Source: Octopus vulgaris
Lineage: Eukaryota
Assembly (NCBI GenBank): GCA_951406725.2
Contig: OX597826.1
Coordinates: 74,462,001 to 74,526,000, forward strand
Length of the DNA: 64,000 nt
Reading direction: 5' to 3'
The notes below the pieces were generated by a model. The model did no database searches. It saw nothing but the letters and a program-made list of their open reading frames with translations, and was not told the origin of the DNA. Shown here piece by piece: positions 27,206-41,211 of this stretch; the stretch's first letter is position 1; the number at the start of each line of letters is the position of its first letter. A program made the position numbers and the translations under genes.

Positions 27206-28005
27206 GTGTGCGTGTTTGTCTGTGTGCATGTATGTACGATTAAACGTGTATTACATGATTAATTATTTACTCATTGTTTCTTGAATAACGATAAGAATCA
27301 TAGACACAAGAAACGATAATTAGAAGACATAACTAATCGCATTACTCAGCATGTCATTCAATATATCACTGGTACTTAGAGAAACGCGAAGAGCATAACG
27401 GAACACAAATACTACAGACTCGAGTCCATGCGAAAGAAATGTAAACTAAGGGCAGATCACTCTAAGTTGCATTTATCAAAATCGCATAATTTTCCGAGTG
27501 TGACTGTTTGTGCTACGTAACAAAGAGTACTACTATTTATTTCGTAGTGTAACCACTGGAAACTAACTCTGTACTATATTGCTATATTCGTATAGTAGGA
27601 GCCGGGACAAGCTTTCTACAAAGATGTTGTTTCTACAAATTGGTTAAACTACGCTGGCTTAATCAAACCGAAAACAAAACATTGTTTCGCGTATCGCCTG
27701 CAGCTTACCTAGTTTGCTATACAAGGCGTTGTGTGATCGGTGACATAGTTAAGAGATGTAAAACAGTCGCCCAGTAAACTTAGTAGAAGACTGCTAACCT
27801 TTTGTATTATCAAACTGACAGTCGACTTTAATATTTGTACAGGCCCTTTAATAGGTGTTTGTATTTACATACTTCGTAATAGCGGCGTGTATTAACGTAG
27901 GTCACTGTTCAGTAACAATACGTGTGTATGCGTATATATGTATTGTGTGAGTATGTGTGTGTATGTGAGTGTCTGTGTGTGTGTGTTTGAGTGTTTGTGT
28001 GTGTG

Positions 28006-28040
<35 letters not shown>

Positions 28041-28095
28041 GTTTGTGTGTGTGTGTGATCTGAAGCTTTCGCGTTACGTCTAAGAATATTTTCCT

Positions 28096-28432
28096 GTTTT
28101 ACTTGTTTCAGTCATTGGACTGCGGCCATGCTGTGGCACCTCCTTGAAAAGTTTAGTCGAACGAATCGATCCCATTAATTTAATTTTTTTAAGCCTATTA
28201 CTTATTCTATCAATCTCTTATCTCGAACAGCTAAGTTACGAGTTCGTAAATAAATCAACACCAGCTGTCATACGGCAGGATTCTTTCAGTTTCCATCAGC
28301 CAAATACTCTCACAAGACTTTGGTCGGCCCAGGGCTATAGTGGAAGACACTTTCTCAAGATGCTACGCAGTGGTACTGAACCCAGAGCGATGAGGTTGCG
28401 AAGCGAACTTCTTGTCACACTGCCACCCCTGC
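28096..28432 (-). mobile_element. SINE family A, diverged
   Basis: Reverse complement of family A. Confidence 0.8.
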
Positions 28433-28505
28433 ACTTAAACCGAATCTTAGAAATGTGTAAAAATAAAATAAAATAAACCACTCGGTTTACGTGTGCGCGC
28501 GCGCA

Positions 28506-28555
<50 letters not shown>

Positions 28556-28558
<3 letters not shown>

Positions 28559-28675
28559 AAAAGCGTGGGATCGAAACGCAAAATACTTTCACACCTTCCC
28601 GAGCGTTAAAATAGTTCACTTGTTTGTTGTTTATACACTTGTCTTCGTCTTTTGTTTTTCTGTAAATTTCAACTA
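28556..28675 (+). mobile_element. PLE-type 3' terminal fragment in (TA)n (same family as 42056-42315)
   Basis: ...tcgaaacgcaaaatac...ttcccgagcgttaaa...tgtcttcgtcttttgttt matches the reverse complement of 42060-42190. Confidence 0.65.
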
Positions 28676-28819
28676 TATTTATATGTATGTATATATATAC
28701 ATAAGAATATGTATATATATATATATATATATATATTTGTTTGTATGCGCGTATATATACGTATATTCTTATATACATATACGCGCGTATGTATATTTAC
28801 ACATACATATACTTTTTAT

Positions 28820-29015
28820 TAAAGCTGCAAAATTTATCAGCGGACTGTTACTCAGAGTTTCCGTTTGTTGGAACACAACTGTTCGACGAACGGGATCATG
28901 GAACTCTGAGTAACGTTTCTGTGAAAATTTTGTAGCTTTAATAATAAGTATATTATTCTACTTTTGGTATTCGAGTACTATTTTCACCACCTTGCTTTGC
29001 CCTTAAGTGTTCACC
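28820..29015. mobile_element. PLE-type terminal fragment with inverted segment and decayed hammerhead-like motif
   Basis: Inverted pair gttactcagagtt/aactctgagtaac; ctgt-TCGACGA-acgggatcat-GGAAC-tctga-GTA-ac at about 28877-28918. Confidence 0.4.
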
Positions 29016-29021
29016 TGTGTC

Positions 29022-29052
<31 letters not shown>

Positions 29053-29195
29053 AGTTTAACATCCAACATATATCTTCATATTTATTTTTCTTTTTCTTCC
29101 TTTTTATTCTCTTTCCACCTCCTATATCTCTCCCTTTCCAATATAACTTCTTACATTGAACTATATTATTTTCTTCTATTTAACTCTCTCATACC

Positions 29196-29243
29196 GTCTC
29201 TGATGATGGTATATCTGTTATATCTCTGAAACAGCTGTAAGAC
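29196..29243 (+). ncRNA. Type I hammerhead motif, core intact, stem II decayed
   Basis: gtct-CTGATGA-tggtatatctgttatatctct-GAAAC-agct-GTA-agac. Confidence 0.7.
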
Positions 29244-29304
29244 TACCCTTCTTTTTATCAAATCTCCTAGAAATTTCACACCTTGGTTTTGTTGTCTCAT
29301 TTTG

Positions 29305-29395
<91 letters not shown>

Positions 29396-29410
29396 ATATA
29401 TATATACACA

Positions 29411-29555
29411 CAGTTTCCGTTTACCTAATTCACTTACAGGGACCGGCTATAGTAAAAAAAAAAAAACACTTGCTCCAGGTGCCCCTCAGTGGGACTGAAC
29501 TCGAGACCATTAAGTTGTAAAACGAGCTTCTTAACCCTAGAGCCATGCCTGGGCC
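29411..29555 (-). mobile_element. SINE family A, 5' fragment
   Basis: Reverse complement of the family A head. Confidence 0.65.
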
Positions 29556-29936
29556 TATGTTAACGATACAACTTCTATTTCATCTTCTCATTAACGAAAA
29601 CGAGTGCGCGAACATATAACCCTAATATTTGGCGGGTGTTGGTATTTGCCTGTTTTTTTTTGTTTTTTTTTGAAGGAGTGATAAACTGTTATATTCGAAT
29701 TTGTTTTTCTTTGTGACTCTAATTGTATATTGCAATGTGTCAAAACACTGACAAAATTCTAGAAGCGATGGGGAAGTGTCAGTGACCAGGTCGAACAAAT
29801 ACGAAAATATTGTTTTGTAATCTTAATGGTGTTATGCTAAACTCTTTCGAAATGAATGAGAAGAGGATATAATAACCATTTAAGAGGGATTTCAGTTGCT
29901 ATCCTGTTTCGAACGCGATGCGAATTCTGTTTCGTA

Positions 29937-30320
29937 GGCGCAGGAGTGGCTGTGTGGTAAGTAGCTAGCTTACCAACCACATGGTTCCGGGTTCATTCCC
30001 ACTCCGTGGCACCTTAGGCAAATGTCTTCTACTATATCCTCGGATCGACCAAAGCTTTGTAAGTGGATTTGGTAGACGAAAACTGAAAGAAGCCTGTCGT
30101 ATATATGTGCGTGTCTGTGTTTGCACACACCCCCAACATCACTTGACAACCGATGGTGGTGTGTTTACGTCCCCGTAACTTAGCAGTTCGGCAAGAAAAG
30201 ACCGATAGAAGAAGTACTAGGCTTACAAAGAATAAGTCCTGGGGTCGATTTGCTCGACTAAAGGCAGTGCTCCAGCATGACCGCAGTCAAATGACTGAAA
30301 CAAGTAAAAGACTAAAAGAG
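29937..30320 (+). mobile_element. SINE family A, full length
   Basis: Consensus match. Confidence 0.9.
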
Positions 30321-30329
30321 GATATGTGC

Positions 30330-30362
<33 letters not shown>

Positions 30363-30827
30363 TATGTGTGTGAGAGAGAGAGGTGTTAGTGTGTGTGTAC
30401 GTGTGTATATGTATATGTGTGAGTGTGTACTCATGCATTAAGTGTATGATATTGATAATGCTTATATCAATGAGTCTCTTCTAACACAAAATTTGAATTT
30501 TTCTTCCGCTTATGATGTACTTCTGCAAATTAGCAGATATATTTTAGTCTAGCTGCACATTAACCCGGCTGGAAATCTGAATTCATATCGAAAGTAAGAT
30601 AAGTATATGGCACCGTTGAGCAGAGAGTATGGCGTGATATCGATATCTGTATTTCTCTTTTACTTCGGGAGCGGTTTTGCGTCGCCTAATGTTGAAGTAT
30701 ATATCTTCAAATGATCAGACGAGATACTGCAGCTACAAGCGTTTAATAACTGACATACATTAAGTATGTGATATTGATAATGTTGAAATCATTGAAGTGC
30801 TTCTAACGCAAAATTTGAATATATATA

Positions 30828-31095
<268 letters not shown>

Positions 31096-31339
31096 TAGAG
31101 TAACAAATCTGTTCAGATGTTGTTTTTACCTCGAAGCAAACGAACTCGTGTTTCTCTAGACATCATTTTTATTGTTGGTTCTATTTGTGCAAGTAACACA
31201 AATTGTAAAACTGTTCTTCAATATCTAATTAATACGAACTGTTCGGTTGTTTACACACCAGTTCGTGTTTCCCTTCTTTAACGCTTCGTAACAATCCAAT
31301 CCCACCATTTATTGAACATTGTGATTGTACGTATCACAA

Positions 31340-33440
31340 TGTTTTTAAAGGATCTTCTACCTCGGCAATTCTACATTTGTTGTCTGTTCCAGGGGATTTA
31401 TTACATTTCAGCTTCTCAGTTTCTTCTGCCGAAATAATTCCTTTCGTCTCCTGTACATTAAACGGAATTTCCTTTAATTGCTTCGGTGCATTATACCTAC
31501 CCCCGTTTTGTGCCTGTAAACCTCTTTGCAGTCTTCTCCCCTTCTTTCAGTTAACTTTATTTGCTTTGATCAGTAGGTTACTAAATTTATCTTTAAGAAC
31601 TTGACATTTAGGTAGTCTGAACTATTCTGCCTGTTGTTCTTGAATTAGTTATTCTATGATTTAACTCGAGTTCTTCACATCTTTTGTTAATCCATGTATC
31701 TTTTACTCTCATAATTCCTTTTACTACTTTGCTATTGGCCAGTCAAAAGTACATTCTTGTTGTTTCATTTTTGTATTGTTCCTATTTTAGATTTATTCTT
31801 TCATCACAATGTTTTTGTTTAACTTTCCCCTTTTTCCACGAAATCTTCGGCAGTTAGTATTTCTTCAAAGACTTCTGCTATTTCTTCAACATTTGCATCG
31901 ACAATAACAAAGGTGCGAAGTTTCTTATTTGTGCTTCATGTTCTTTTGTTCGATATTTTAAAGTTTCCAAGATTATATTGCACATTATATTTTGGTTCTT
32001 CTCGACTTATTTGAGATCTTTTTGTTTTACATTATTAAAAATCTGTGACTTCTGCCTATACCTGTACCTGGAAATACCTGAGTTTTTATTCCATTTATAT
32101 TTGACTGATGATATTTAATGGATAATAAAATTGAGCTGATTATTATATATTCCTTTAAATAAATAATTATTATATACCACCCGTGGTAAATAATCATTAT
32201 ATATCCTTTTAGAAAAATGGTCGTTATTTGCTCCTCTAGAAAAATGCCAAGTTATAGTTTTTTACAATTTATATTTAGTATAATGTTTTTTATGTTGTTT
32301 TTCTTTGAATTGTAATTTTTTTCTGCTGTTGTTGGTATTTTCCAAGTCATATCTTCCAATAATTTCTTTCCAAGTCTCAGGAGCATCTGATCCCGTTATT
32401 TCATTCTAGTCGCCTTAAATTCGACGTATGTCTTTTGTTTTGTTCGCCAGTTTTTTCCTTCTCAAACTTGACAGAATTTCTTAATTCATTCGTCATTATT
32501 AATCGCTAGTCGAGGCACAAAAAACATTTCAATGGTTAAATTGCTGTACCTTTCAGCTGTCAGTCATATTCTATATTATCTTCTAGAAATATTTGTGCAA
32601 TGTATTACTGACTTGAAAATATTGTTATGCTCCATAAAACCTGAGTCGTTTTCATGTTCACTTTCCTCTCGTCAAACCCTGTTTTATTCCCGTTAGCTGT
32701 CATAAGTTCTTTATGCTTTGTCCATCTTGTTTCAGCAATGGTGTCTATAACATTCTGGGGATGTCTCTCCATTTCATAAGGTAGATGTTATACTATTCCA
32801 CATTTATAATGTAGTCATACATTTCTAGTTACACGTTTTAAAAATATTTTTTATGGTTTGGTTTTTCTGAATATTTATCGATTTCGTTCGGGAGATAAAT
32901 AAAAGTGGATGTGGTTGTTTTTATCCCAAGCCCAGACCGATCTGGTATAGCATATGAATGTTGCTACGCCTTCATGAAATATTTCAGCAAGCAGATAATT
33001 TGCTAGAACCTATCTCCTCTCTAATGCCATTGGATTTTCTGTGAGAGTCTATTTCAGCTTTTGAAAGGTTTATTTTTAATCCATGTTTTTCAAACCATTT
33101 TCTAATTTAACGTAGATTCAGATATTTATCCAAGGCTATTTTAATCCTTATTTCTTTCCTATTCTTGCCAACCATGTGTTCTTTTCTCGTCTAATTTACT
33201 CTGTAACATAGCTACTACTCCGTACCTCTCTCAAACTATGTCCCTATTCTATATTTATTGCTCTAAAGAACCATAATTGCTTTCCTTTCCTCTTCCTATT
33301 GTCCACTTTCTTTTTTCCTCTCCACTTCCTTTATTCTTCTGATCAATTTTATTCAGTACAAGTATCTGTTTATAGTTTTTGTTTCATTTTCTTTATTCAC
33401 AGAATAGTTTTCCTAATTTGTTTAGTGTATGAACTGATGG
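31340..33440 (-). mobile_element. Decayed RTE-like LINE (AP endonuclease to pre-RT region)
   Basis: Minus-strand motifs IDTIAETRWT (~32740), GD*NEITGSD (~32390) and LKCNKSPGTD (~31400); many stops. Confidence 0.7.
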
Positions 33441-33559
33441 CGCCGTGGAAATTTTCTTTCTATTTTAGTTGACAATTAATTTGTAATCACAACCACTAAA
33501 TTACTCGACTAATAAACTCCGTTTAACTTTCTGCCTCGCTTTATGTATATGATAGCGGT

Positions 33560-35250
33560 GAAATATTGACAACACGTGAAAAAGAATTTTTTTCTCACAA
33601 TGGAGTCCAGAGCAACCAGAATTAACTGAATTTAAATTTTGGCTGTAAACTGAAACGGTGTTGCAAAGTAAGGCTACATTCAAAAGCTGGGAAGGTGGGA
33701 AGAACATTAAATTTGCATTCAAAGGAAGTTTCGCCATCACAAGAAGGTGCATATTTTAAAACGAATTTAAAACAGAGGAGCGCAGACATTCTTGTGCGCC
33801 CAACAGAAGTTGCGAATGTTTGACAAACACATCTCAGGCTCGTCTAGCTGTTGTTCCTGATATGTCTGCTTTGAGAAAAATAATACAAAGATAGCAAAAC
33901 TTAGGGAACAATGCCCCCATTAATCCCACCGATTTTCAGCAATTAGTTTTACTAGAACGATACAAAATATTTAGCACTCAAACGAGTATACTTGAAACAT
34001 TTTTTTTTGCTTGATTGAGGACCAGGCTCCGATTGGATCATCATCTTCAAAAGAGTGAGATGACTTCAACATTCAGTGTCATTTCATGTGTGGTTTGCTT
34101 ATGTTACAGTCACAATTGCTCTTTACTAAAATTGGTTTGATTTGGGTAAAATAACATCATAGTGTTTGGTCTTTTGCCGAACAAACAACACATCACGAGA
34201 ATATTCGAATCGTTGAAAAAAAAGTGAATCCAATTTGAAGCCTACTTCAATTGTGCGTGTCTTTGAACAAGTTGTGATCAGTGCCATGAAGTAATCATTC
34301 CCTGGTGTATTATAAAAGAATGCTTTCTTCACTTTGCACAAAATCTACAAAAAGATATCGTTAGATTGGGTTTCACTTACCTTTACGACACTGATGCAAA
34401 TGCTACGTTGGAAGCAAAAATGGCTTTTGCACTTGTCTTTGTATCTTTGTGCATGATTGACTAATATCTGGACGCTCTTGCAGCAGGGCTGTCACAATAA
34501 GTTTATACTTTGCTCAATTGGTTTCAAGATACATATCTGGACCTGGCATTCCGTCGGTTATGACGACATGGGTTCCAGTTGATCCAACCAACGGAACAGT
34601 TTGCTCGTGAAATTAAAGTGTAAGTACCTAAGGCACTCCACAAACACGCGCACCCTTAATGTAGTTCTCAGGAAAATCCAGCGTGACACAGAATGTGACA
34701 ATGTTGGCCCTTTAATTTACAAAATACAACTCATTTTTGCCAGTCGAGTAGGCTGGTGCAATGTGGAATGATGTGCTTTGGACAGTGACACACCGCATCG
34801 CAGGGAAACGAACACTGAACCTTACGATTATGAGCCAAATATCCTTACCACTAAGACACACGCCTTCACTTGCATGCATGTATTGGTATTAAAACAGACA
34901 AGGAAATGAAAGATGAAGTCTTCTATTTTGCCTCGAAATATGTTTTTTTTTCTTTTACCAAAGAACTTTAAACGAGATATACAATCATCCTAGGAGTAGC
35001 CCATCGTCAATTGCAGTACGATCTTCGTATGAAATATCCAACGATATGGAAAGTAGTAGATGGACTGCGAAAAATACAGAAAGGGTGAGATGCCTACTAT
35101 GAACGTTGGATATGTACTGCCTTAAACACTTAAAACGTATAGTGAAGAAGACGAAAGAATATATAAAGCTTCTGTGAATTTTGGAAACATAGATGCTGCA
35201 GAGTACTTGAGGAATGCTGCTTGAAATAATTGGCAAATAAAGAATTGAAT
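33560..35250 (+). mobile_element. Mutator-like (MULE) transposase relic interrupted by a SINE
   Basis: Motifs D*GPGSDWIIIF, LLPNK, LKPTSIVRVFEQVVISAMK, FPG..FLHFAQN, LLNWFQDTY and C-terminal YLRNAA. Confidence 0.7.
34546..34869 (-). mobile_element. SINE family C-related (tail shared with 49843-50030)
   Basis: gcattccgtcggttatgacgac...ctcgtgaaattaaagtg matches the sequence from 49843 onward; tRNA head near 34800-34869. Confidence 0.8.
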
Positions 35251-35435
35251 AAAGTTAGCTTTTCAAAAAAAAAACAACTAATTTTTTTATCTTTCGCCGG
35301 TTCATATGTCAAGGGAGATAACTCCATTTAACAAATCCAGACGATTATATTGTTTCTTTCTGACCCCGCTCCCTATCCCTTTCGTTCACTTTCTCTCTGT
35401 CGTGGACCCACATCTCTAAACCACTAAGAGTTCAC

Positions 35436-35494
<59 letters not shown>

Positions 35495-35505
35495 TGATGA
35501 TGATG

Positions 35506-35590
<85 letters not shown>

Positions 35591-35604
35591 TGATGATGAT
35601 GATG

Positions 35605-35690
<86 letters not shown>

Positions 35691-35698
35691 TGATGATG

Positions 35699-35747
<49 letters not shown>

Positions 35748-35764
35748 TGATGATGATGATGATG

Positions 35765-35852
<88 letters not shown>

Positions 35853-35863
35853 TGATGATGATG

Positions 35864-35951
<88 letters not shown>

Positions 35952-35959
35952 TGATGATG

Positions 35960-36044
<85 letters not shown>

Positions 36045-36052
36045 TGATGATG

Positions 36053-36086
<34 letters not shown>

Positions 36087-36112
36087 TAATAATAATAATA
36101 ATGATGATGATG

Positions 36113-36200
<88 letters not shown>

Positions 36201-36214
36201 TGATGATGATGATG

Positions 36215-36281
<67 letters not shown>

Positions 36282-36343
36282 TGATGATGATGATAATAAT
36301 AATAATAATAATAATAACAATAATAATAATAATGATGATGATG

Positions 36344-36426
<83 letters not shown>
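35436..36426. repeat. ~1-kb (AAT)n array with periodic (GAT)n blocks and AAC units
   Basis: Direct reading; source of the poly-N/I/L/Y ORFs. Confidence 0.95.
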
Positions 36427-36590
36427 CTGGGAACAATGTAAGACAACATAATGTGGGAAATAATAACTACAATAATAACAATCCTTGCTATTATATAGGC
36501 TCAAGGGCTGAAATTTTGTTGGCTTAATTCGTTCCATGTGTATGAGTGAGAGGAAAATATTTATGTCAACTGGGTTCATTTAATAAATTG

Positions 36591-36648
<58 letters not shown>

Positions 36649-37719
36649 TTACTTTAAGTTTTTAAAATACTGTCACTAAAAATGCTGTCGCTATAACAGG
36701 TTCAATATCTAGTGAAACCGCGCCAAATCAACAACGTCTAAACAGGCACGCCCAATCGGCCCCTTCCGTTCTGTTTAGCAACAAACTGGACTTTATATAC
36801 TCTTTGAAGAAAGATACTAAAAGCATTTGACAATGCATATAGAAAAAAAATTAACTAACCAACTCTTGCTGAGGTGTTTAAAATCCGTTCACGTGTTTTC
36901 GTATTTTTTTCTCAGCTTTGATTGCTTTGAGAATTGTGGGTAGAGAAACTATTTCACGAAACGTAATGTTATGATATCATTGAATCGACAGAAAAATATT
37001 TCTTTCGCAGCATCTCTCATATTTCAGTGATGGAAGGAAGCGGCTGAAGAAGCTGTTGTGATAAATATATTGAAATACATTCATATTGTTAGTCTCAAAA
37101 CTTAAAAGAATGTATTAACTTGTTGCAGACAGTCAATACAAGGGAGATAATGTTTCCTCATATTTGATGAGATTCGAAGTTTGAGCTTCAAATTAAGGAA
37201 TAAGGAATAAAATGCAAGAAATGCACATATTTATATATTTATTTACCTATTGTAGTTGTTATTATTATTGTGCATTTATTACAAAATGCTTAAAATGTTT
37301 AATCAGTGGTAATCATGTACAGCACTATTTCATTCTTTTTTTAAATCTTCAGCATGACACAACCTGAAATACATTAATTAACCATTTTATGAAGGACAAC
37401 ATTTCTCATGGATGGGAAATAATTACAGTCTGAAAGAAATGTGTTTTTCTGTTCATTCTTTTGTCTTCGTAGAGCGATATCATGATTCCGTAAATGATTT
37501 CACTGCTGTGCTCTACGCCGGTTTTGATGGCACCAATGAACCTTCTTCTAGCATGAAGGATTCCACAATGTCAATAGGTCATTGGCTGATGCTGTAAATA
37601 TAATTAGCTTTAAATTTAATTATAATTCAGTAAAACATTTTTTCATAATTAGCTATAGCACAAGTAAAATCTAATCCAATAGAACATGTGTGTGTATGTG
37701 TGTGTGAGCGTGTGTGTGT

Positions 37720-37759
<40 letters not shown>

Positions 37760-37767
37760 AATATATA

Positions 37768-37885
37768 GGATGTATGGCTTTGTGGTTAGGGTGTTGCACT
37801 CACGATTGGGAGATCGTGGTTTCAACTCCTTGTCCGAGTGGGGCGTTGTGTTCTTGAGTAAAAACTTCATCTCACGTTGCAACGT
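37768..37885 (+). mobile_element. SINE family C-related head
   Basis: tggctttgtggttagggtgttgcactcacgat...ggtttcaactcc. Confidence 0.65.
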
Positions 37886-38019
37886 TAATTTCATGGAGGC
37901 AGTACTGCACGTGCATTTGATTGCAATTTAACAAATCATTCGTGCACGTCGTTCTGCAAACGCTGAACACTCATCGAAGAGAGATTCTGTTTTGTGTGTG
38001 TGTGTGCGTATGCAGGAAT

Positions 38020-38065
<46 letters not shown>

Positions 38066-38116
38066 GGAAAATAGTCAAGGTAGAAAATGCTAAAATAATT
38101 TTATAAAAAACATTTC

Positions 38117-38150
38117 AGTACCGGTTTCAGTTATTGGGACCTTTTCAACT
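38117..38150 (-). ncRNA. Minimal hammerhead, U3-A8 variant, in a (TA)n-flanked PLE-type fragment (38066-38280)
   Basis: ag-TTGAAAA-ggtc-ccaat-aact-GAAAC-cg-GTA-ct; palindromic ACCGGT stem III. Confidence 0.5.
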
Positions 38151-38299
38151 TTAAGTATGGAAAACAATTAAATTCAGAAAAATTTTAAAAGTTTTTTTTT
38201 TAAGAATATTGTTCAAATACAAGCTTCTGCCTGTCTCTGTCTCTCTTGTTTACTCCTGTGGGTTCGAGGTCGTTGCGTATATATATATATATATATATA

Positions 38300-39960
38300 T
38301 ATACTCAATGGTAGATAGATTTAATGTAATTCAAACACAGTAATCCAGGAATCAGACATCTGGGGGCTGCGTTAGCGATTTAAGAAATCGACTGAAAATT
38401 TTCAGGATCAAAACAAAACGGAATAATGATAACAAAAACGGGAGCAAATCACAAAAAAAAAAAAAGAAAAATGGACTGTATAGCATATTAATTTACAAGA
38501 AAGAAATATGGAGTGTTTAACGCCTCGGAGAATAGTCCTTCATAAAAAAAAAAAAAAACAGAGAGAAAAAAAGAAGAAAATGATAAAATAAGAAAAGAGG
38601 AGAAAGTTCTCTCTAACGGTTTTAGATTTGTCGTCAAAGATACGTGTATGAAATGTAAGATGGACGGAGGTGGATGGGGAAAGAAGCTGTTTTCACAAAA
38701 AGTATATCATTTGTCAAGAGAGACAATTAGCGAGCGAGTAGTTATTTAGCAAAGAAGAATGTTTACAAATGTGGTTGAGAAGAGAAGTGCAATCAAGAAT
38801 ATGATCATTGTGCCTTTGTGCACGAAGGCAACTGATGTGCATGTGGAATTGTGTGTGTGTGTTTATGAGGTGCTGTGCGTGTGGGTGTGAGTGCAATGAT
38901 GAAGCTTTAGTGCGTAAGTTTTGGATGTGTTGTGTGTTCATGTGTAAGGGTGTGCATGTATGGAGTGTGTTATTGTGTAGTAAATGGAAAATTTGTTCTG
39001 AGTATGTGTATGTGTTGCTGTGCAGTTTTTTATGAATAGAACGATTGGCGTGTGTAAGCATGTGTTATGCTGTATTGAGTAGTGAATGGAAACGTGTGGA
39101 GCGCGCTCGTGTGCGTGCGTGCGTGTGTGATGTGTATGATAAGTGCATGATAAATATCATAGGACAAGGAGACGTTGGCGAGTGTACCGAGACAGAAGAG
39201 TGTTGGCGAGTGTGCCGAGACAGAAGAGGAATGCGGACACCCAAAGAGTTGTGAGTGTGTTATCTGTATGTATGTATATGTCTGTGTGTGAAGGATGGGA
39301 GTCGGTGTAACCTGTATACGGGTATTTGGAAGTAGTGAGTGTGTATGCTTTTAGAGTGAGGTGTGTGTGTAGTGCGTGTGGAGTCATTCAGTGCGTCTGT
39401 GTGTATTTGGAAGCCGTGTACGTGTTTGTGTTTGAGCTGGGTGCATGGGTAGTGGTGATGTATGTATAGGTACACGGATGTGTGTGCGTGTGTGTGTATG
39501 TATGTGCGTTCGTGAACCTGTGTAACCAAGGAGGAGCTTGTTTAAGCCGTGTGGATGTGTTGTGCCAAGGTGGAGAGTAAGTTATTTGGGTTGTAGCCAA
39601 GCTACAGGAGAACGATGGCGTAGGAGAATACCAGAGTCTGGAAGATACAGAGAAGATTGGTCAACTGAGCTGAATCGATGGGCCACAGGTGACCGGTGGC
39701 ATTTAATAGAGTAAAGGAAGTTTCTGTTTGTAGTGTGGAGCACGAGATTCTGAGGCAATGGTTCGAGTTCGAATGGCAATGGATACGGGGACAGGCAAAG
39801 AATCAAGGATAAGCCTAAGAGTGTGCCAATAAATCACTCCGATTGCGAGTGCGCTTGATAGAGTAGGTATTTGGGAAGGAGCTCGGAAGGGATGAGGTCC
39901 GACTGAAGTGCTGTAGGCTGGTGTGTTGAGGGGGAGGGGTAACGTGCAGGAGTGAGAGAT
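38300..39960 (-). mobile_element. Penelope-like element relic: GIY-YIG endonuclease C-terminus, CA-rich 3' region and terminal repeat
   Basis: Minus strand GVIYW..., SPVAHRFSSVDQ and LGTTHPHGLN (39540-39569), matching the PLE GIY-YIG S.VA.HF and L.T..P.GLN motifs. Confidence 0.65.
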
Positions 39961-40666
39961 GGAAGGAAAAGGAAAACGGTTTCTGTTGGGATGGGCACGA
40001 AGCAAACGAGCAAATGTATTCTAGACTTCAGTGTACGATTCTCAAATAACCGGACGTCTCGAACAACCGGTACCCAAATAAAAAAAAAAAAAAATAGAGA
40101 AAATGAAGAGTCAAGAGATTTTATGCTAACTTATGCTAAATGAATCATTGCTTCTTCTCAAAGTAAAGTGTTTTATTTTACTGTATTTATAGGACCTGTA
40201 TTTTATTAGGTTAATAAAGCTTGTTCTTTACTTAAATCATATTTTTTTAATTTCTTTCTATTTCTCTCATTTCTACGATATTTAGAATATTAATTACAAT
40301 ACTGATGTATGTGTGTGTATGCGTTTATATGCGTGTGCGTGTGCAGTATATGTCAATGACAAATTATTTTCCACGCATCGGTACTTATGCACGTGGATGT
40401 GTGTGTGAAATGTGAGAGTGTGTGTCTGCTTCTGTTTACATCTATGTATGTATGAATATCTGCAATATAATGTATATAAATTTATATGCACGCGTATATA
40501 TGTGATGTCTATGCGAATGCATGTGTGTGTTTGCGCGTATGTACGTATGAGTGTCTACGCATGCGTGTTGGTGCTAATACGTGTGCGTGTGCGGTGTATG
40601 TCAACGATGGATTGTTTTTGCACGCATCGATACTCATGGACGTGGTTGCGTGTATGTATGTGTGTG

Positions 40667-40730
<64 letters not shown>

Positions 40731-41069
40731 TGTGTATCTAAATTTTAATCTGTCCAATTGTAAGTCTACATGTAACACAGGCCACTCGGGGGTTTTCGTG
40801 CCTTGTAATTTCCTGGGTTTCTTTTATTTAGACAGACATTTAAGCGGAGTCTGAACGTGAAACCCTATCTCTAACACAAACATCATGCTACAGCTACAAA
40901 CAGCTTCTCTGAGTAACAGAACACACACACACGCTACATGGGTGTGCGTACGCCCATACGCATGCCTTCAGATACACGAAAACACACACACACACATTCA
41001 TTTATATACGTAGCTGTATATATATCTGTATGTATATGTGTATATGCTGAGGACTTACCACATAATTGC

Positions 41070-41175
<106 letters not shown>

Positions 41176-41211
41176 TAGGTGTCGCTTCCGACAATCTCTG
41201 TTCGATGGTTT

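Noticed and set aside
35416-36579. Longest ORFs in the track (254-387 aa; poly-I/N/L/Y)
   Set aside because: Translations of the AAT/GAT microsatellite with no domain content.
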